Shown one piece after another: positions 52,235-54,110 of a stretch of DNA of 54,110 nucleotides. The notes beneath the pieces are model-generated. The model was not told where the DNA came from and did not search any database. It was given only the letters and a program-made list of their open reading frames with translations. The translations under genes were made by a program, and so were the position numbers. Within the stretch, counting starts at the first letter, position 1, and each line of letters starts with the position of its first letter. Source of the DNA: Oscillospiraceae bacterium (GTDB taxonomy: Bacteria > Bacillota > Clostridia > UMGS1883); the NCBI GenBank assembly GCA_015069065.1, contig SVJI01000001.1, positions 1 to 54,110 on the forward strand. Direction: 5' to 3'.

Positions 52235-53131
52235 ATGTCTGAAAGAAAGGATCTTCAGATGACTAACTTATATAAAAATTTAGAAACTCAATTCAACAAA
52301 GTATTCAGACATTTAAAGACAGGCAGCTTTAAAACAAGAGAACGTTATGCAAAAGCTTTTAAAAGATTTATGGTATATTTTGCAAAAGAATATCATCTTC
52401 AAAAGCTTTCAAACATTTCTGAAAAGCACATACTTTCATATCTGAACTACTTACAGAAAAAAGGTAATGCTGCATCAACAATAAAAACAGAACTTGCAGC
52501 TATACGCTTTTTCCACGACAATCTGCCTTATGCAAAATATACTCTGCCGACAAATGACGAGCTTGAATTAAAAAGACGTACATTTGGTGGAGTAGACAGA
52601 AGCTGGGACAGTAGAGAATACAATCTTATGGTAGCAAAAGCAATAGAAACTAACCATAACGATTATGTTGCTATTCTTACTCTTGCAAGGTACGCAGGAC
52701 TAAGACTTGAAGAATGTTTTCGCATTGATACAAATGATGCGGAAAAAGCACTTCAAACAGAGAAGCTATTTGTTAAAGGTAAAGGCGGTCTTACAAGATA
52801 TGTGCCTATTAACAAAAGCATTGAAATTGCACTTGCAAATTCTCTTAAAAATGTAAAACGTGGAGAAAAGTTATTTGTAAGAAACAACGACAAAACCCAT
52901 CTTACAATGAAAAGACTTCAATGTTTTATCGCATATCACAGAAAAGAAATTACCGAAGAACGTATTACTTTTCACGGATTACGCCATACATATGCACACG
53001 AAAAGTATAACGAGTTCATAAACAGTGGTAAAAATGAAAAAGAAGCACGGAGAATGGTATCCGAGCTTCTGGGGCATCACAGAGATGATGTAACAAGAAT
53101 ATATCTCTACGGCGGTGATGAGAATGTTTAA
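52235..53131 (+). CDS. small tyrosine recombinase (XerC/D-like, no arm-binding domain)
   Basis: SAM-like N-domain (RERYAKAFKRFMVYFAKEY...ASTIKTELAAIRFFHD). Catalytic set ARYAGLRLEE, HGLRHTYAH and LLGHHRDDVTRIYL. The start may instead be the in-frame ATG at 52259, which overlaps (ATGA) the stop of a 16-codon leader ORF beginning at the module GTG (52212). Confidence 0.85.
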   Translation: MSERKDLQMTNLYKNLETQFNKVFRHLKTGSFKTRERYAKAFKRFMVYFAKEYHLQKLSNISEKHILSYLNYLQKKGNAASTIKTELAAIRFFHDNLPYAKYTLPTNDELELKRRTFGGVDRSWDSREYNLMVAKAIETNHNDYVAILTLARYAGLRLEECFRIDTNDAEKALQTEKLFVKGKGGLTRYVPINKSIEIALANSLKNVKRGEKLFVRNNDKTHLTMKRLQCFIAYHRKEITEERITFHGLRHTYAHEKYNEFINSGKNEKEARRMVSELLGHHRDDVTRIYLYGGDENV

Positions 53132-53297
53132 TTCTTACCCCGATGTTTTATCTGTAAAGCAGCTATGCGAAATACTTGACATAGGCAAAAACACCGCATA
53201 CAAGCTGTTACAAAGCGGAGAGATAAAGAGTATAAAGATTGGAAAGGTATATAAAATACAAAAAAAATGTTTGAAAGATTTTTTAAACAATCGTTAG
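53118..53297 (+). CDS. xis: excisionase-family HTH DNA-binding protein
   Basis: ...LSVKQLCEILDIGKNTAYKLLQSGEIKSIKIGKVYKIQKKCLKDFLNNR is homologous to 17412..17570. Start uncertain (ATG 53118 or 53124). It overlaps the recombinase stop. Confidence 0.75.
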   Translation: MRMFNSYPDVLSVKQLCEILDIGKNTAYKLLQSGEIKSIKIGKVYKIQKKCLKDFLNNR

Positions 53298-53309
53298 TTG
53301 ATTTATGTG

Positions 53310-53352
53310 CTACCCAATGATATAATAATTCTATAGTGTAATCATTGGGTAG
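53310..53352 (+). other. stem-loop between xis and int (copy B)
   Basis: CTACCCAATGAT (53310-53321), 19-nt loop, ATCATTGGGTAG (53341-53352): 12 perfect bp and no U-tract. Confidence 0.55.
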
Positions 53353-53379
53353 TGCTTTCTAAGAAAGGCAGGTTACTCA

Positions 53380-54110
53380 ATGAAAAATTCAGTTAAAGCA
53401 TATTTGAGAGAAAAATCAGGCTCAAAATGCTATTCATGTATATTAAAATGGGAGGAATATGGAAAGCTAAAAAGCAAAGAAATAAGTACAGGAATTGAAA
53501 TCAAGGGCAATAACAAACGAGCTGCAAAAAAACGAATTGAAGAGATACGGGAAGAATTTAAGAAAAAGGTAACAAGAAGCGGTTTTACAGAATATAAGGA
53601 TATGTTTTTTGAAGATTACATAGAAAAATGGGTTAATGAGCAAGAAAGCTTCTTAAAACCAACCACTTTGTCAGGGTATAAAGGAATAGTTAAAAATCAT
53701 ATAATTCCTTTTTTCTCAAATAGAAAAATCTTACTTGTCGATGTTAAGCCGCAGCATATTCAGGAATATTATAACTCAAAAGCACAAAAAGGGCTTTCCC
53801 CCGGAAGTGTACAAAGGCATCATTCTTTAATCAGAAAAGCTTTACAGAATGCTGTAATGAAAGATGTTATTCTCTACAATCCTGCTGACAGAACACAAAG
53901 ACCTAAACAATCAAAATACAATCCTAAAATATATGATGCAGAACAATTAAAAAGATTGTTGATGTCAGTTAGAGAAACACCTATAGAGGTGCCGATAACA
54001 ATATGCTGTCATTATGCTTTAAGACGAGGAGAGGTTTTAGGCTTACAGTGGAAGAACATTGATTTTGATAAAAGGATTATAACTATACAAAACAGTGTAG
54101 TACGTGCAGG
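53380..54110 (+). CDS. int: tyrosine integrase with N-terminal arm-binding domain, 5' part (runs off the right edge)
   Basis: Absent from the ORF track (open at the edge). ATG 53380 after AAGAAAGGCAGG. Translation MKNSVKAYLREKSGSKCYSCILKWEEYGKLKSKEISTGIEIKGNNKRAAKKRIEEI...KNHIIPFFSNRKI...CCHYALRRGEVLGLQWKNIDF is colinear with integrase A, with matches at roughly 4 of 10 positions by eye. Confidence 0.85.
   Translation, partial: MKNSVKAYLREKSGSKCYSCILKWEEYGKLKSKEISTGIEIKGNNKRAAKKRIEEIREEFKKKVTRSGFTEYKDMFFEDYIEKWVNEQESFLKPTTLSGYKGIVKNHIIPFFSNRKILLVDVKPQHIQEYYNSKAQKGLSPGSVQRHHSLIRKALQNAVMKDVILYNPADRTQRPKQSKYNPKIYDAEQLKRLLMSVRETPIEVPITICCHYALRRGEVLGLQWKNIDFDKRIITIQNSVVRA

Noticed and set aside
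1-54110. CRISPR arrays, rRNA genes, prophage structural genes, conjugation/relaxase genes, restriction-modification or other recognisable defence systems
   Set aside because: No regularly spaced repeats were seen beyond the short tandem motifs listed. No rRNA-like conserved stretches were seen. Every long ORF is accounted for by transport, regulation, glycan catabolism, surface proteins or recombination.

Overview
Low-GC, Gram-positive (Clostridia-like) chromosomal segment, judged from SLH cell-wall anchors, lipoprotein solute-binding proteins and YesM/YesN-type regulators. Nearly all coding capacity is on the minus strand, in two long polysaccharide-utilisation operons. Locus 1 (1-15651) encodes an AraC-type response regulator, a histidine kinase, an LplABC-like ABC importer, an SLH-anchored CBM/TIM-barrel enzyme and three or four large secreted or SLH proteins. 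Locus 2 (20432-50967) encodes two AraC regulators, an FAD oxidoreductase, an ABC importer, two heparinase II/III-family lyases, GH88, a GH78-like enzyme, GH20, two SGNH esterases, a TIM-barrel isomerase and an RpiB/DhuI-like isomerase, plus paralogues of the locus-1 surface proteins. To the right of each locus sits a copy of the same ~1.2 kb non-coding module (15956-17414 and 51001-52214). The module has three promoter-like sites, a tandem 16-mer and a promoter-to-terminator ~310-nt candidate structured RNA. It leads into an excisionase-like HTH gene and a tyrosine integrase. Copy A carries a 277-bp MITE-like insertion. Copy B carries an extra tyrosine recombinase gene inserted at the xis start codon. 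Integrase A is followed by phased 9-mers and by a 3' fragment of tRNA-Leu(UAA) with its terminator (18821-18923). This suggests tRNA-targeted integrative islands with the glycan loci as cargo. No rRNA, CRISPR, phage-structural or conjugation genes were seen. All family calls rest on motifs read by eye from the translations, and no database search was possible.
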